DNA of 63,612 nt, filler included. It is 9 parts of 9 records of this genome, joined end to end, with 100 filler letters (N's around TTAATTAATTAA, not from the genome) between each part and the next. Parts side by side here need not be neighbours in the genome. Positions count along the whole stretch, not along the records: positions 52,442 to 58,140 come from DRR723986_24310; positions 58,241 to 63,612 come from DRR723986_24683; 7 more parts are not named here. The stretch is one strand, 5' to 3'. The notes beneath the pieces were generated by a model, which worked only from the letters and a program-made list of their open reading frames with translations, was not told the origin of the DNA and ran no database searches. This document shows, in pieces, positions 52,342-62,591 of the stretch (positions are counted from its first letter, which is position 1; each line of letters opens with the position of its first letter). The position numbers and the translations under genes are program-made.

Positions 52342-52441
52342 NNNNNNNNNNNNNNNNNNNNNNNNNNNNNNNNNNNNNNNNNNNNTTAATTAATTAANNN
52401 NNNNNNNNNNNNNNNNNNNNNNNNNNNNNNNNNNNNNNNNN

Positions 52442-53197
52442 ATTGTTGCCGGTCTTCCTGGCGCCATTGGCCAGACTCTGGAGCAGGCTCGTAACGGTGA
52501 AATGAGCTTGCTGGTTGTTCTCGGAATTGGTGTTCTGGCGATTGCTGTTGTCGGTTTCGTGGTCTTCATGGAGCGTGGGCAGCGGCGTTTGACCATCAAC
52601 TATGCCAAACGGCAGCAGGGGCGGCGGGTATTTGCCCAGCAGTCCAGCCACCTGCCGCTGAAGGTGAATATGGCCGGCGTCATTCCGCCGATCTTCGCCT
52701 CTTCGATTCTTCTGTTCCCGGCTTCTCTGGGGCAGTGGTTCGGTCAGGGCGAAGGCATGGAGTGGCTGAGCGATATCTCTCAGGCATTGGCACCGAGCCA
52801 GCCGTTGTATATTATCCTGTTCGCAGCAGCAGTTATCTTCTTCTGCTACTTCTATACAGCGCTGATGTACAACCCCAAGGAAGTTGCGGATAACCTCAAG
52901 CGTTCCGGCGCGTTTATCCCCGGTATTCGTCCCGGCGAACAGACGGCCAAGTACATCGATGGTGTGCTGACCCGTTTGACTCTGTTCGGTGCTATGTATA
53001 TTGCAGCAGTGTCCCTGTTCCCTCAGTTCCTGATGGTGGCCGGGAATGTGCCTTTCTATCTTGGGGGCACCTCTCTGCTGATTGTTGTAGTCGTGGTGAT
53101 GGATTTCATGGCTCAGGTTCAGTCGCACCTGATGTCTCACCAGTATGAATCGCTGATGAAGAAATCCAATCTCAAGGGCTATGGACGGAACGGCTGA
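52442..53197 (+). CDS. secY: SecY (5'-truncated)
   Basis: [25 protein letters not shown]. Confidence 0.96.
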   Translation: MVAGLPGAIGQTLEQARNGEMSLLVVLGIGVLAIAVVGFVVFMERGQRRLTINYAKRQQGRRVFAQQSSHLPLKVNMAGVIPPIFASSILLFPASLGQWFGQGEGMEWLSDISQALAPSQPLYIILFAAAVIFFCYFYTALMYNPKEVADNLKRSGAFIPGIRPGEQTAKYIDGVLTRLTLFGAMYIAAVSLFPQFLMVAGNVPFYLGGTSLLIVVVVVMDFMAQVQSHLMSHQYESLMKKSNLKGYGRNG

Positions 53198-53230
53198 ACA
53201 AGCCGTTCCCCTTGAAAACTGGAGTCGACA

Positions 53231-53344
53231 ATGAAAGTACGCGCTTCGGTAAAGAAAATTTGCCGTAACTGCAAAGTAATTCGACGCAATGGCTCAGTTC
53301 GAGTCATCTGCTCGGAGCCTCGTCACAAGCAGCGCCAGGGCTGA
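53231..53344 (+). CDS. rpmJ: 50S ribosomal protein L36 (not in the ORF track)
   Basis: [44 protein letters not shown]. Confidence 0.96.
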   Translation: MKVRASVKKICRNCKVIRRNGSVRVICSEPRHKQRQG

Positions 53345-53486
53345 TCCGTTTCGGATAAGCGCTGACATTGTAAAAGGGGTTCGGAATAGTGGCGCTTGAC
53401 TCACAGGTGGGTCAGGCGCTATTATTTCGCGCCCTTTTTGTGGCGGAAAATTCACACAGCAAAGCTTTGAACGCGGAGTAATTTGG

Positions 53487-53843
53487 ATGGCACGTATAGC
53501 CGGTGTCAATATACCCGATAACAAACATGCTGTTATCTCGCTGACCTACATCTTCGGTGTTGGCAAGACAACAGCCCAGAAGCTTTGCGATGCAACCGGC
53601 GTTAAGCCGGACGCCAAGGTCAAAGACCTGAGCGACGAGCAACTTGAAGCACTTCGTACTGAAGTGGGCAAGTTTACCGTCGAAGGCGATCTGCGTCGTG
53701 AAGTACAGATGAACATCAAGCGTTTGAAGGATCTCGGTTGCTTCCGTGGTCTGCGTCATCGTCATGGCCTTCCGGTCCGTGGCCAGCGCACCAAGACCAA
53801 CGCCCGCACCCGTAAAGGTCCTCGCAAACCTATTCGTAAGTAA
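53487..53843 (+). CDS. rpsM: 30S ribosomal protein S13
   Basis: [19 protein letters not shown]. Confidence 0.97.
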   Translation: MARIAGVNIPDNKHAVISLTYIFGVGKTTAQKLCDATGVKPDAKVKDLSDEQLEALRTEVGKFTVEGDLRREVQMNIKRLKDLGCFRGLRHRHGLPVRGQRTKTNARTRKGPRKPIRK

Positions 53844-53856
53844 CAGGTAGGCAAAC

Positions 53857-54246
53857 ATGGCAAAGCCAGGTACACGTACCCGTAAAAAGGTGAAAAAGAC
53901 GGTTGTTGATGGCGTCGCGCACATTCACGCGTCCTTCAACAACACCATCGTGACCATTTCGGACCGTCAGGGCAACGTCCTGTCCTGGGCCACTTCTGGT
54001 GGTTCCGGTTTCCGCGGCTCACGTAAGAGTACACCTTTTGCTGCGCAGGTAGCAGCTGAAAGAGCCGGTAATGCGGCTGCTGAATACGGCCTTAAAAACC
54101 TGGACGTAGAGGTTAAGGGTCCTGGGCCCGGACGTGAATCTGCAGTTCGCGCGCTGAATGCGTGTGGCTACAAGATCACCAACATCACTGATGTGACGCC
54201 GATTCCCCACAACGGCTGTCGTCCGCCCAAGAAGCGCCGCGTCTAA
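53857..54246 (+). CDS. rpsK: 30S ribosomal protein S11
   Basis: [22 protein letters not shown]. Confidence 0.97.
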   Translation: MAKPGTRTRKKVKKTVVDGVAHIHASFNNTIVTISDRQGNVLSWATSGGSGFRGSRKSTPFAAQVAAERAGNAAAEYGLKNLDVEVKGPGPGRESAVRALNACGYKITNITDVTPIPHNGCRPPKKRRV

Positions 54247-54264
54247 CACAGGAGACAGTGAAAT

Positions 54265-54885
54265 ATGGCTCGTTATATAGGCCCGAAGTGCAAGCTGTCT
54301 CGTCGTGAAGGGACAGATCTTTTTCTGAAGAGCGGCGTTCGCGCGCTCGATTCCAAGTGCAACATCGAGACTCCGCCGGGTATGCACGGCGCGCGTCGCG
54401 GTCGTCTGTCCGAGTACGGCGTTCAGCTTCGTGAAAAACAGAAAGTCCGTCGTATCTACGGCGTTCTTGAGAAGCAGTTCCGCAACTATTACAAAGAGGC
54501 CGCCCGAGGCAAAGGTGCAACTGGTGAAAACCTGCTGCAGCTGCTGGAAGGCCGTCTCGATAACGTTGTATATCGCATGGGCTTTGGTTCTACCCGTGCA
54601 GAAGCCCGTCAGCTCGTCTCTCACAAGGCGATCCTGGTTAATGATAAGCTGGTTAACATCCCGTCCTATCAGGTCAAGCCGGGCGACGTTGTGAGCGTGC
54701 GCGAAAAGGCCAAGAATCAGCTGCGTGTTAAAGGCGCGCTGGATCTGGCGTCAAGCCGTGCACCGGTAAGCTGGGTAGAGGTTGACGCCAACAAGATGTC
54801 CGGCGTTTACAAGTCAGTACCTGAGCGTACTGAACTGCCGGCCGACATCAACGAGAACCTCATCGTCGAGCTTTACTCCAAGTAA
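54265..54885 (+). CDS. rpsD: 30S ribosomal protein S4
   Basis: [28 protein letters not shown]. Confidence 0.97.
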   Translation: MARYIGPKCKLSRREGTDLFLKSGVRALDSKCNIETPPGMHGARRGRLSEYGVQLREKQKVRRIYGVLEKQFRNYYKEAARGKGATGENLLQLLEGRLDNVVYRMGFGSTRAEARQLVSHKAILVNDKLVNIPSYQVKPGDVVSVREKAKNQLRVKGALDLASSRAPVSWVEVDANKMSGVYKSVPERTELPADINENLIVELYSK

Positions 54886-54920
54886 AGCCCAGTTAGCAAC
54901 GATAGCAGATAGGGGCGTCT

Positions 54921-55925
54921 ATGCAGCGTTCAGTACATGAGTTATTGACACCTCGTACCATTGACGTGAAAGAGTCCAGCGCCACGCGCGCCAAGGTGAC
55001 CCTGGAGCCGCTCGAGCGCGGTTTCGGCCACACCCTGGGCAGCGCGCTGCGCCGTATTCTTCTGTCTTCGATGCCGGGCTGCGCCGTGACTGAAGCACAG
55101 ATCGACGGTGTCCTGCACGAGTACAGTGCCATTGAAGGTGTCCAGGAAGACGTCATCGAGATTCTGCTGAATCTCAAGGGCGTTGCCGTAAAGATGAACG
55201 GCCGTGACGATGCTGAGCTCACCCTCAGCAAGAAAGGTCCGGGCGTGGTGACTGCCGGCGATATCAAGCTGGACCACGATGTGGAAATCGCTAACCCGGA
55301 ACACGTGATCTGTCACTTGAGCGAAAACGGCGAAGTGAACATGCGCTTGCGCGTGGCACGAGGCCGTGGCTACGAGCCGGCTGATCAGCGTGGTCTGGAC
55401 GAGGACGAAACTCGTGCCATCGGACGCTTGCAGCTGGATGCAACGTTCAGCCCGGTTCGTCGTGTGGCCTATGCCGTCGAGAGCGCTCGGGTTGAGCAGC
55501 GTACAGACCTGGACAAGCTGGTTATTGATCTGGAGACCAACGGTACCATCGATCCGGAAGAAGCGATTCGCCGGGCCGCTACCATTCTCCAGCAGCAGCT
55601 GGCTGTGTTCGTCGATTTCGATCATGAGAAAGAGCCTGAGCGTGTAGAGGAAGAGGAAGAAATCGATCCGATTCTGCTGCGCCCGGTTGATGATCTGGAG
55701 TTGACTGTGCGTTCAGCTAACTGCTTGAAGGCTGAAAACATTTACTATATCGGCGATCTGATCCAGCGCACGGAAGTGGAGCTGCTGAAGACGCCTAATC
55801 TAGGCAAAAAGTCGCTGACCGAGATCAAGGACGTTCTTGCGTCCCGTGGTCTGTCTTTGGGTATGCGTCTTGATAACTGGCCGCCGGCAAGCCTTCGTGG
55901 TGATGACCGGGTTCTGGGCGGTTGA
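54921..55925 (+). CDS. rpoA: RNA polymerase alpha subunit
   Basis: [29 protein letters not shown]. Confidence 0.98.
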   Translation: MQRSVHELLTPRTIDVKESSATRAKVTLEPLERGFGHTLGSALRRILLSSMPGCAVTEAQIDGVLHEYSAIEGVQEDVIEILLNLKGVAVKMNGRDDAELTLSKKGPGVVTAGDIKLDHDVEIANPEHVICHLSENGEVNMRLRVARGRGYEPADQRGLDEDETRAIGRLQLDATFSPVRRVAYAVESARVEQRTDLDKLVIDLETNGTIDPEEAIRRAATILQQQLAVFVDFDHEKEPERVEEEEEIDPILLRPVDDLELTVRSANCLKAENIYYIGDLIQRTEVELLKTPNLGKKSLTEIKDVLASRGLSLGMRLDNWPPASLRGDDRVLGG

Positions 55926-55958
55926 TCGCCGATTAGTTTAAGGTAAGGAATCAGAGCA

Positions 55959-56357
55959 ATGCGTCATCGTAAGAGTGGTCGTAAGTTCAACAGGACCAGT
56001 GCGCATCGCAAGGCCATGTTCCGTAACATGACTGCGTCACTGGTTGAGCACGAGCTGATCAAAACGACGCTCCCGAAAGCCAAAGAGCTGCGTCGGGTAG
56101 CTGAGCCGTTGATCACGCTCGCAAAGAATGATTCGGTAGCAAATCGTCGTCTGGCGTTCTCTCGCCTGCGTAGCGATGCTGCGGTAGCCAAGCTGTTTGA
56201 TGAGCTGGGCCCCCGTTACAGCGAGCGTCCGGGTGGTTATCTTCGTATTCTGAAGTGCGGTTTCCGTGCTGGCGACAATGCCCCGATGGCATTCGTTGAG
56301 CTGGTCGGCCGTCCTCTGGACATCGAAGCTGAAGAGATGGACGACGACGAAGAGTAA
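55959..56357 (+). CDS. rplQ: 50S ribosomal protein L17
   Basis: [27 protein letters not shown]. Confidence 0.97.
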   Translation: MRHRKSGRKFNRTSAHRKAMFRNMTASLVEHELIKTTLPKAKELRRVAEPLITLAKNDSVANRRLAFSRLRSDAAVAKLFDELGPRYSERPGGYLRILKCGFRAGDNAPMAFVELVGRPLDIEAEEMDDDEE

Positions 56358-56373
56358 GTTCTTCTGAGTCCAT

Positions 56374-56409
56374 AAAAAAACCGGGTTCCGCAAGGTTCCC
56401 GGTTTTTTT
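56374..56409. terminator. bidirectional intrinsic terminator between rplQ and uvrA
   Basis: AAAAAAACCGGG...CCCGGTTTTTTT. Confidence 0.85.
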
Positions 56410-56429
56410 GTGCCCGTCGTTCGGGCGGG

Positions 56430-58140
56430 CTATTTGGTAAGCATCGGTTTGAGGTACCGTCCGGTGTGCGACGCCGGATTGGCGGCGACTTCCTCGGGCG
56501 TTCCTTCGGCAATAATCTGTCCCCCACCGGACCCACCTTCCGGACCGAGGTCGACAATCCAGTCTGCGGTCTTGATGACGTCCAGGTTGTGCTCGATGAC
56601 GACGATGGTGTTGCCGTGATCGCGCAAACGCTCCAGTACGTTCAAAAGTTGCTGGATATCGTAGAAGTGCAGGCCGGTCGTGGGCTCGTCCAGGATGTAC
56701 AGGGTTTTGCCTGTGTCCCGTTTGGACAGCTCCTTGGCCAGCTTGACCCGCTGTGCTTCGCCCCCCGACAGGGTCACTGCGCTCTGGCCCAGACGAATGT
56801 AGGACAGGCCCACGTCGATCAGCGTTTGCAGTTTTCTGGCGATGAAGGGGACTGCGTCGAAAAACTCCCGGCCCTCCTCAACGGTCATTTCCAGAACCTC
56901 GTGAATGTTTTTGCCTTTATACCGGACCTCGAGGGTCTCCCGGTTGTAGCGTTTGCCCTTACAGATGTCGCAGGGCACATAGACGTCTGGCAGGAAGTGC
57001 ATTTCGACTTTGATGACACCATCGCCCTGGCAGGCCTCGCACCGGCCGCCCTTCACGTTGAAAGAGAAACGGCCAGGTTTGTAGCCGCGTGAGCGTGCCT
57101 CCTGAGTGCCGGCGAAGAGTTCCCTGATGGGGGTAAACAGGCCGGTGTAAGTGGCGGGGTTAGACCTGGGTGTCCGTCCGATAGGGCTCTGGTCAATGTC
57201 GATCACCTTGTCGAGCTGATCAAGTCCTTTCAGGCTCTTGTAGGGCGCATGATTGAGGCTGGTCGCTTTGTTCAGTTTGGCGGCCGCGACCGGATAGAGG
57301 GTGCTGTTAATCAGAGTGGATTTGCCTGAGCCCGATACCCCGGTAACGCAGGTCATCACGCCTAGCGGCAGCGTGAGCGTTACGTCCCGGAGATTGTTGC
57401 CGGAGGCGCCGGTCAGTACCAGCTTCTTGCCATTGCCCTTGTTTCGCTCAGAAGGTACCGAGATCTCCTTCTCGCCACTGAGATACTGACCTGTCATTGA
57501 AGCCGGGTTGGCAATAATCTCTTTCGGGGTTCCCCGCGCGACAATCTCTCCGCCGTGGACGCCAGCGCCGGGGCCAATGTCAATAACGTAGTCGGCAGCC
57601 CGGATAGCATCTTCGTCGTGTTCCACCACAATCACCGTATTGCCGAGGTCCCGGAGGTGGGTGAGGGTGGCAAGCAGTCGGTCGTTGTCCCGCTGATGCA
57701 GTCCAATGGACGGCTCGTCCAGAATGTACATCACGCCCACCAGGCCTGCGCCTATCTGGCTGGCCAGCCTGATGCGCTGGGCCTCGCCGCCTGAGAGGGT
57801 GTCTGCGCTGCGTTCCAGGGTGAGGTACTCGAGGCCCACGTTGACCAGAAATTGCAGGCGCTCCCGCACCTCTTTCAGGATTTTTTCGGCGATCTCACCT
57901 TTACGCCCGGGCAATGCCAGAGTGCTGAAGTAGCGATGGGCATCACCCACGGGGAGGTGGGTTATTTCCGGGAGGTTTCGCTCTTCGATAAAGACGTGAC
58001 GGGCACTGCGACGCAGGCGCGAACCGCCGCAGTCTTTACAGGGCTGTGTGCTCAGGTTGCGAGCCAGTTCCTCGCGCATGCTCTGAGATTCCGTCTCGCG
58101 GTAACGGCGTTCCAGATTCGGCAGTATGCCCTCGAACGGG
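56430..58140 (-). CDS. uvrA: excinuclease ABC subunit A (5'-truncated)
   Basis: LSGGEAQR twice, [31 protein letters not shown]. Confidence 0.97.
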
Positions 58141-58240
58141 NNNNNNNNNNNNNNNNNNNNNNNNNNNNNNNNNNNNNNNNNNNNTTAATTAATTAANNNN
58201 NNNNNNNNNNNNNNNNNNNNNNNNNNNNNNNNNNNNNNNN

Positions 58241-58654
58241 CATGATCCGGGACATGTTGATGCCCTTTTTGTCGGCCTCAAGGCTGACAGATCCGGTGAT
58301 CGAGGTTTCAAGCGTCAGATCGCCATTGTTGCGGGTGTGAAACCGGATCGGCAGCCGAAAGTTGGAAATGCCGACATGCTGGATCTGCTGTTTGGCCCCT
58401 CGGATCAGGCTGGACGGGCCGTTTTGCAGGTCCGGCAATCCAGCCTTGTAGGCGGCATCCACCTTAAAGTCCTGCGGGTAGTCGCGGTTGAAACTGGGAT
58501 ACTCACCTTTGCCTTGCAACAGCCGCACCACTTGCGGATCAAGCGCATCAATCTCGGTCGCGCTGGCCCCTGCGGCCCAGGCCTTGAGCGTGGCAAGCGC
58601 CTGTTCGGCATCGGACTTGTCTGGCCCTTTTTCGACGGATGTGATGGCATTCAT
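58241..58654 (-). CDS. folE2: GTP cyclohydrolase FolE2 (3'-truncated)
   Basis: LPDLQNG, IQHVGISNFRLP, KGINMSR. Confidence 0.9.
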
Positions 58655-58796
58655 GGCGGTCTCCCCCTTTTGGTGCCTGCCTCATACTTATGCTGCGCGG
58701 CGCCAATTACCAATTATCATAACACATACGGTGCAAGTCGGGGCTTGGATCACACTATTTGCGTCCTTTGAGAGGCCAAAACCAACATCCAGCGCC

Positions 58797-58838
58797 AAAA
58801 AAGCAAGGCATGGCACGGTTTGCAGGTCAAACCGTGCC
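58797..58838 (-). terminator. hairpin after metZ
   Basis: GGCACGGTTTG-N5-CAAACCGTGCC followed by a T-run on the minus strand. Confidence 0.65.
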
Positions 58839-58845
58839 GCGTGCA

Positions 58846-60027
58846 TCACAAATCAGTGAGCGCCTGACGGATATCGGCAATCAGATCCTGTGCGTCTTCC
58901 AGCCCGATGGACATCCGCACCAGTCCCGGCGCGATTCCCAAGAGGTCTTTCTGGTCCTGCGGCAACCGCTGATGGGTGGTCGTTGCCGGATGGGTCAGAA
59001 TGGTTTTGGCATCACCCAGATTGTTGGAGATCACCCCGACCTGAATTGCGTTGAGGAACTTGAACGCCGCATCCTTGCCGCCCTTGAGAACCAGCGACAA
59101 CACCGTGCCGCCTGCCCCCATCTGCGACAGCGCGAGTGCATTCTGCGGATGATCCGCCAATCCGGGGTAGATCACCGTCTCCAACGCCTCATGGCCCTGC
59201 AAGGCCTCCGCGATGGTCTGCGCCGAGGCGGCTTGCGCCCGCACACGCAGGCTCATGGTTTCCAAACCCTTGAGCATCACCCAAGCGGTAAACGGGCTCA
59301 TCGAGCCGCCGGTGTGCTTCATATAGGGTTCAACCGTGCCGCGGATGAATTCTCGGGTGCCAAGGATCACCCCGCCAAGGGTGCGGCCCTGCCCGTCAAT
59401 ATGCTTGGTCGCCGAATAGATCACCACATCTGCGCCCTGCGCGATGGCGTTGGAAAACTCCGGTGTGGCAAAAACATTGTCGACCACCACCAGCGCCCCC
59501 TGCGCATGGGCCAGTTCGGACACCGCTTTGATATCGACCAGTTGCAGCGTCGGGTTGGACACCGATTCAAAAAACACCGCTTTGGTGTCCGGGCGGATCG
59601 CCGCCTCCCATGCCGCCAGATCGGTGCCGTCCACCAATGTGATCTCAACCCCGAACCGCGCCAGCACATCTTCGAGAATATAGAGACAGGAACCAAACAG
59701 CGCCCGCGCCGAGACAACGTGATCGCCAGCCTTGAGCATCGCGGTCAACGCGCCACTGACCGCCGCCATGCCGGACGCGGTGGCAAAGGCATCCTCGGCG
59801 CCCTCAAGCGCGGCGATGCGATCCTCGAACATGGCCACGGTCGGGTTGCCATAACGGGCATAGATAAATTCGTCCGGGCCGCTTTCCAAAAACCGTGCTT
59901 CGGCGTGTTCGGCGGTCTCGTAGACAAACCCTTGGGTGAGGAATATCGCCTCGCTCACTTCGCCATATTGGCTGCGGCGGGTGCCGGCGTGAATGGCTTT
60001 GGTGCGCGGATGCCAATCGTTGCTCAT
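58846..60027 (-). CDS. metZ: O-succinylhomoserine sulfhydrylase
   Basis: YARYGNPT, VVDNVF, PLP-Lys SATKHIDGQG, NNLGD. A possible in-frame upstream start lies at 60126. Confidence 0.93.
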   Translation of the reverse strand: MSNDWHPRTKAIHAGTRRSQYGEVSEAIFLTQGFVYETAEHAEARFLESGPDEFIYARYGNPTVAMFEDRIAALEGAEDAFATASGMAAVSGALTAMLKAGDHVVSARALFGSCLYILEDVLARFGVEITLVDGTDLAAWEAAIRPDTKAVFFESVSNPTLQLVDIKAVSELAHAQGALVVVDNVFATPEFSNAIAQGADVVIYSATKHIDGQGRTLGGVILGTREFIRGTVEPYMKHTGGSMSPFTAWVMLKGLETMSLRVRAQAASAQTIAEALQGHEALETVIYPGLADHPQNALALSQMGAGGTVLSLVLKGGKDAAFKFLNAIQVGVISNNLGDAKTILTHPATTTHQRLPQDQKDLLGIAPGLVRMSIGLEDAQDLIADIRQALTDL

Positions 60028-60126
60028 CGTCTTTTCCTTTCGCGCCTGCGCTGCAGGCATAAATTGACCCGGCGGCGAAAGAGACAAAAATGCCCCCAAC
60101 GCGGTCAAGCGAAAGAGGGCTTTCAT

Positions 60127-60185
60127 CCTGACCTTTTAGCAGATTGTTTAACGTGGCCCGCAATCCGGTTACAAATCACCACGGG
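60127..60185 (-). ncRNA. SAM-II (SAM_alpha) riboswitch
   Basis: CCCGTGGTGATTTG..CCGGATTGCGGGCCACGTTAAACAATCTGCTAAA fits the alphaproteobacterial SAM-II pseudoknot pattern; upstream of a methionine synthesis gene. Confidence 0.88.
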
Positions 60186-60303
60186 TTCGCTTTACGCCTG
60201 ATGGCGGCATGCGTCAATGGTGCGCAGCGCGTTTGACGGGCTTGCCTATTGGCAATCCGGCGGCAACAGGCCAAGCTGCCCGGATCCACAGCAGGAGCGC
60301 CCC

Positions 60304-61005
60304 ATGACAGCCCCCATCGATCTTTATTTCTGGCCCACACCCAACGGTTGGAAAGTCTCCATCGCGCTAGAGGAAATGGGCCTCCCCTATGAGACCCATC
60401 TGATCAACATCGGCGCTGGCGACCAATTTGCACCGGAGTTTTTGAAGATTTCCCCCAACAATCGCATGCCTGCGATTGTAGACCCGGATGGCCCGGATGG
60501 CGCACCGATTGCCATCTTTGAAAGCGGGGCAATCCTGCAATATCTCGCCCGTAAGACCGGTCAATTCTGCGGCAGCACCGAACGCGAACGCATCGCGGTG
60601 GATCAATGGCTGATGTGGCAGATGGGCGGGCTGGGTCCGATGGCGGGACAGGCGCATCATTTCCTCAAATACGCCCCCAATATGGAGCCGCCCAACGATC
60701 TGCCCTATGCCAAGGACCGCTACCGCAACGAGGTGGCGCGGCTCTATGGTGTGCTGGACCGGCAATTGGCGCAGCATGAATTCGTGGCGGGTGATTTTAT
60801 CTCGATCGCGGATTTCTCGATCTGGGGATGGGCGTCCTTGTGGGAAGGGCAGCAACAGACGCTGGAGGACAAGCCGCATATGGCCCGATGGCTCGACCAG
60901 ATGGCCGCGCGGCCCGGCGTTCAGGCCGGACGGGCGCTTCATGCCGAAAAACGCGGTGACATCGCCAAGGACAAAGGCGCACAGGATCAATTGTTTAAGC
61001 GCTGA
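60304..61005 (+). CDS. glutathione S-transferase (YfcG/Ure2-like)
   Basis: WPTPNG.K, ISPNNRMPAIVD, FESGAIL. Confidence 0.9.
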   Translation: MTAPIDLYFWPTPNGWKVSIALEEMGLPYETHLINIGAGDQFAPEFLKISPNNRMPAIVDPDGPDGAPIAIFESGAILQYLARKTGQFCGSTERERIAVDQWLMWQMGGLGPMAGQAHHFLKYAPNMEPPNDLPYAKDRYRNEVARLYGVLDRQLAQHEFVAGDFISIADFSIWGWASLWEGQQQTLEDKPHMARWLDQMAARPGVQAGRALHAEKRGDIAKDKGAQDQLFKR

Positions 61006-61038
61006 AACGGGCGCGTAGCGGAAATGTTACAACTTCCG

Positions 61039-61650
61039 CTACGCCCCGCTGTCGTCCTTTTCGATCCCATAGGTCTGGAACAAGGAACCCTGCGTCATAA
61101 AAAATGCAAAGATCGCTGCCGTGAGGCCGAAGGTTTTGAAATAAACCCAGATCTCCGTATCGAACATCCGCCAGATCAGTTCATTGGCGATGGCCATCCC
61201 GAAAAAGAACAGCATCAACCGTTTGGTCAGCAGCATCCAACCCGCATCCTGCAACGGCATCATCTCTTCCATCACATATTTGAGATAGGACCGCCCGCGC
61301 AGCAAACCAACCGCCAGCACGCCGCCAAACAGGACGTAGATGATCGTCGGCTTCATTTTGAAGAACCGGTCGTCATTCAGCCAGACCGACAGCCCGCCAA
61401 ACACCACAACCAAAACAACCGTGGCAATCTGCATCCGGTTGATTTTACCCGTCAGCGCCCAGATTGCTCCTGTCGCCGCCACAAGGATCGGGATAAACGC
61501 CGCTGTCACAACGATAAATCCGTCATATTCGGTGCCGCCAATGGTGAACACACGGTCCTTGAGCCGCAGATAAGCGACAAAAAACAGGATGATCGGCCCG
61601 TATTCGAGCGCCATCTTGACCATAGGGTTGATCTGCCGTTCCTGCGCCAT
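61039..61650 (-). CDS. yciB: inner membrane protein YciB (septation protein A)
   Basis: LEYGP, FFKMKPT, ANE, WVYFKTFG. Confidence 0.9.
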   Translation of the reverse strand: MAQERQINPMVKMALEYGPIILFFVAYLRLKDRVFTIGGTEYDGFIVVTAAFIPILVAATGAIWALTGKINRMQIATVVLVVVFGGLSVWLNDDRFFKMKPTIIYVLFGGVLAVGLLRGRSYLKYVMEEMMPLQDAGWMLLTKRLMLFFFGMAIANELIWRMFDTEIWVYFKTFGLTAAIFAFFMTQGSLFQTYGIEKDDSGA

Positions 61651-61663
61651 CGTCTGCTCCTGC

Positions 61664-62566
61664 TTATCCGCACATCTCAACTATCACGGCCCCCGCCGCA
61701 ATCAAGGCCATCAGCGCCACGCGGCGCGGGCCAACGGTCTCTTTCAGAAACACCCAGCCGATGATCGCGGCAAACACTGTCGAGGTTTCGCGCAGCACCG
61801 CGGCCTCACCCACTTTGTCCAGCCGGGTTGCCATCATGATCGCGCCAAAGCTCATGAAGGCAACAAGCCCGCCAATGAAACCGCGCCCCATCAAAGGGCC
61901 AAGCGCCGGTGCATTTTCCATGCGCCACCAGCGCCGCGCGGCGATGAAGGGCATCACCAGCCCGTCAATCATGAAAAACCACGCCAGAAAGGTGAAAGGA
62001 TCCGCCGTCGCGCGAATGCCGTAAGCGTCATAAGTGGTATAGAGCGCCACGAAAAGGCCGGTCAGCACCGCAATCGCAAGCGCGGCATTCAGCGTGTCGC
62101 GCTCCGCCGTGAGAAAGATCATGTTGTAGATCGCCAGCCCAAAGATCCCCGCCAGCAAGACCGCAACGCCCAGCCATTGCAGCAGGGTGAAGCTTTCCTC
62201 GAAGATCAGATAGGCACCGATCACCGCAAAAAGCGGCCCCGTCCCGCGCACCACTGGATAGACCACAGTATAAGCGCCCTTGGTGTAAGCCCAAGCCTGC
62301 AACATCTTGTAAACAATGTGAATAAGGAACGCGCCAAGGAAGATGATCCACATATGCGGCTCTGGCCAGGGCACCACAAAAAGCGCAAAGGGCGCGGCCA
62401 TCACACAATAGGCAAAGTCAATTGCCCCGCGTGTCAGCCAGGGATCATGCCGCCCCTTTTGCAGCGCCCCAAAAACCGCATGCAAAAACGCCGCCATGAT
62501 CGCCAGCCAAAGGGCCACCGTGTGGCCCGTTGCCGTCCCTTCGATAGAGATCAACCAATCGGTCAT
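61664..62566 (-). CDS. DMT/EamA transporter
   Basis: AAFLHA, YPVVRGTGP, LRETS, LKE; ~10 TM segments. Confidence 0.87.
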   Translation of the reverse strand: MTDWLISIEGTATGHTVALWLAIMAAFLHAVFGALQKGRHDPWLTRGAIDFAYCVMAAPFALFVVPWPEPHMWIIFLGAFLIHIVYKMLQAWAYTKGAYTVVYPVVRGTGPLFAVIGAYLIFEESFTLLQWLGVAVLLAGIFGLAIYNMIFLTAERDTLNAALAIAVLTGLFVALYTTYDAYGIRATADPFTFLAWFFMIDGLVMPFIAARRWWRMENAPALGPLMGRGFIGGLVAFMSFGAIMMATRLDKVGEAAVLRETSTVFAAIIGWVFLKETVGPRRVALMALIAAGAVIVEMCG

Positions 62567-62591
62567 GGATAGGCAAGGCCGGGACTAAACC

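Noticed and set aside
44653-53843. Two secY and two rpsM copies, suggesting a duplicated ribosomal operon
   Set aside because: They lie on different contigs with alpha-type (secY-adk-rpsM) and gamma-type (secY-rpmJ-rpsM) gene orders, so they come from different organisms.
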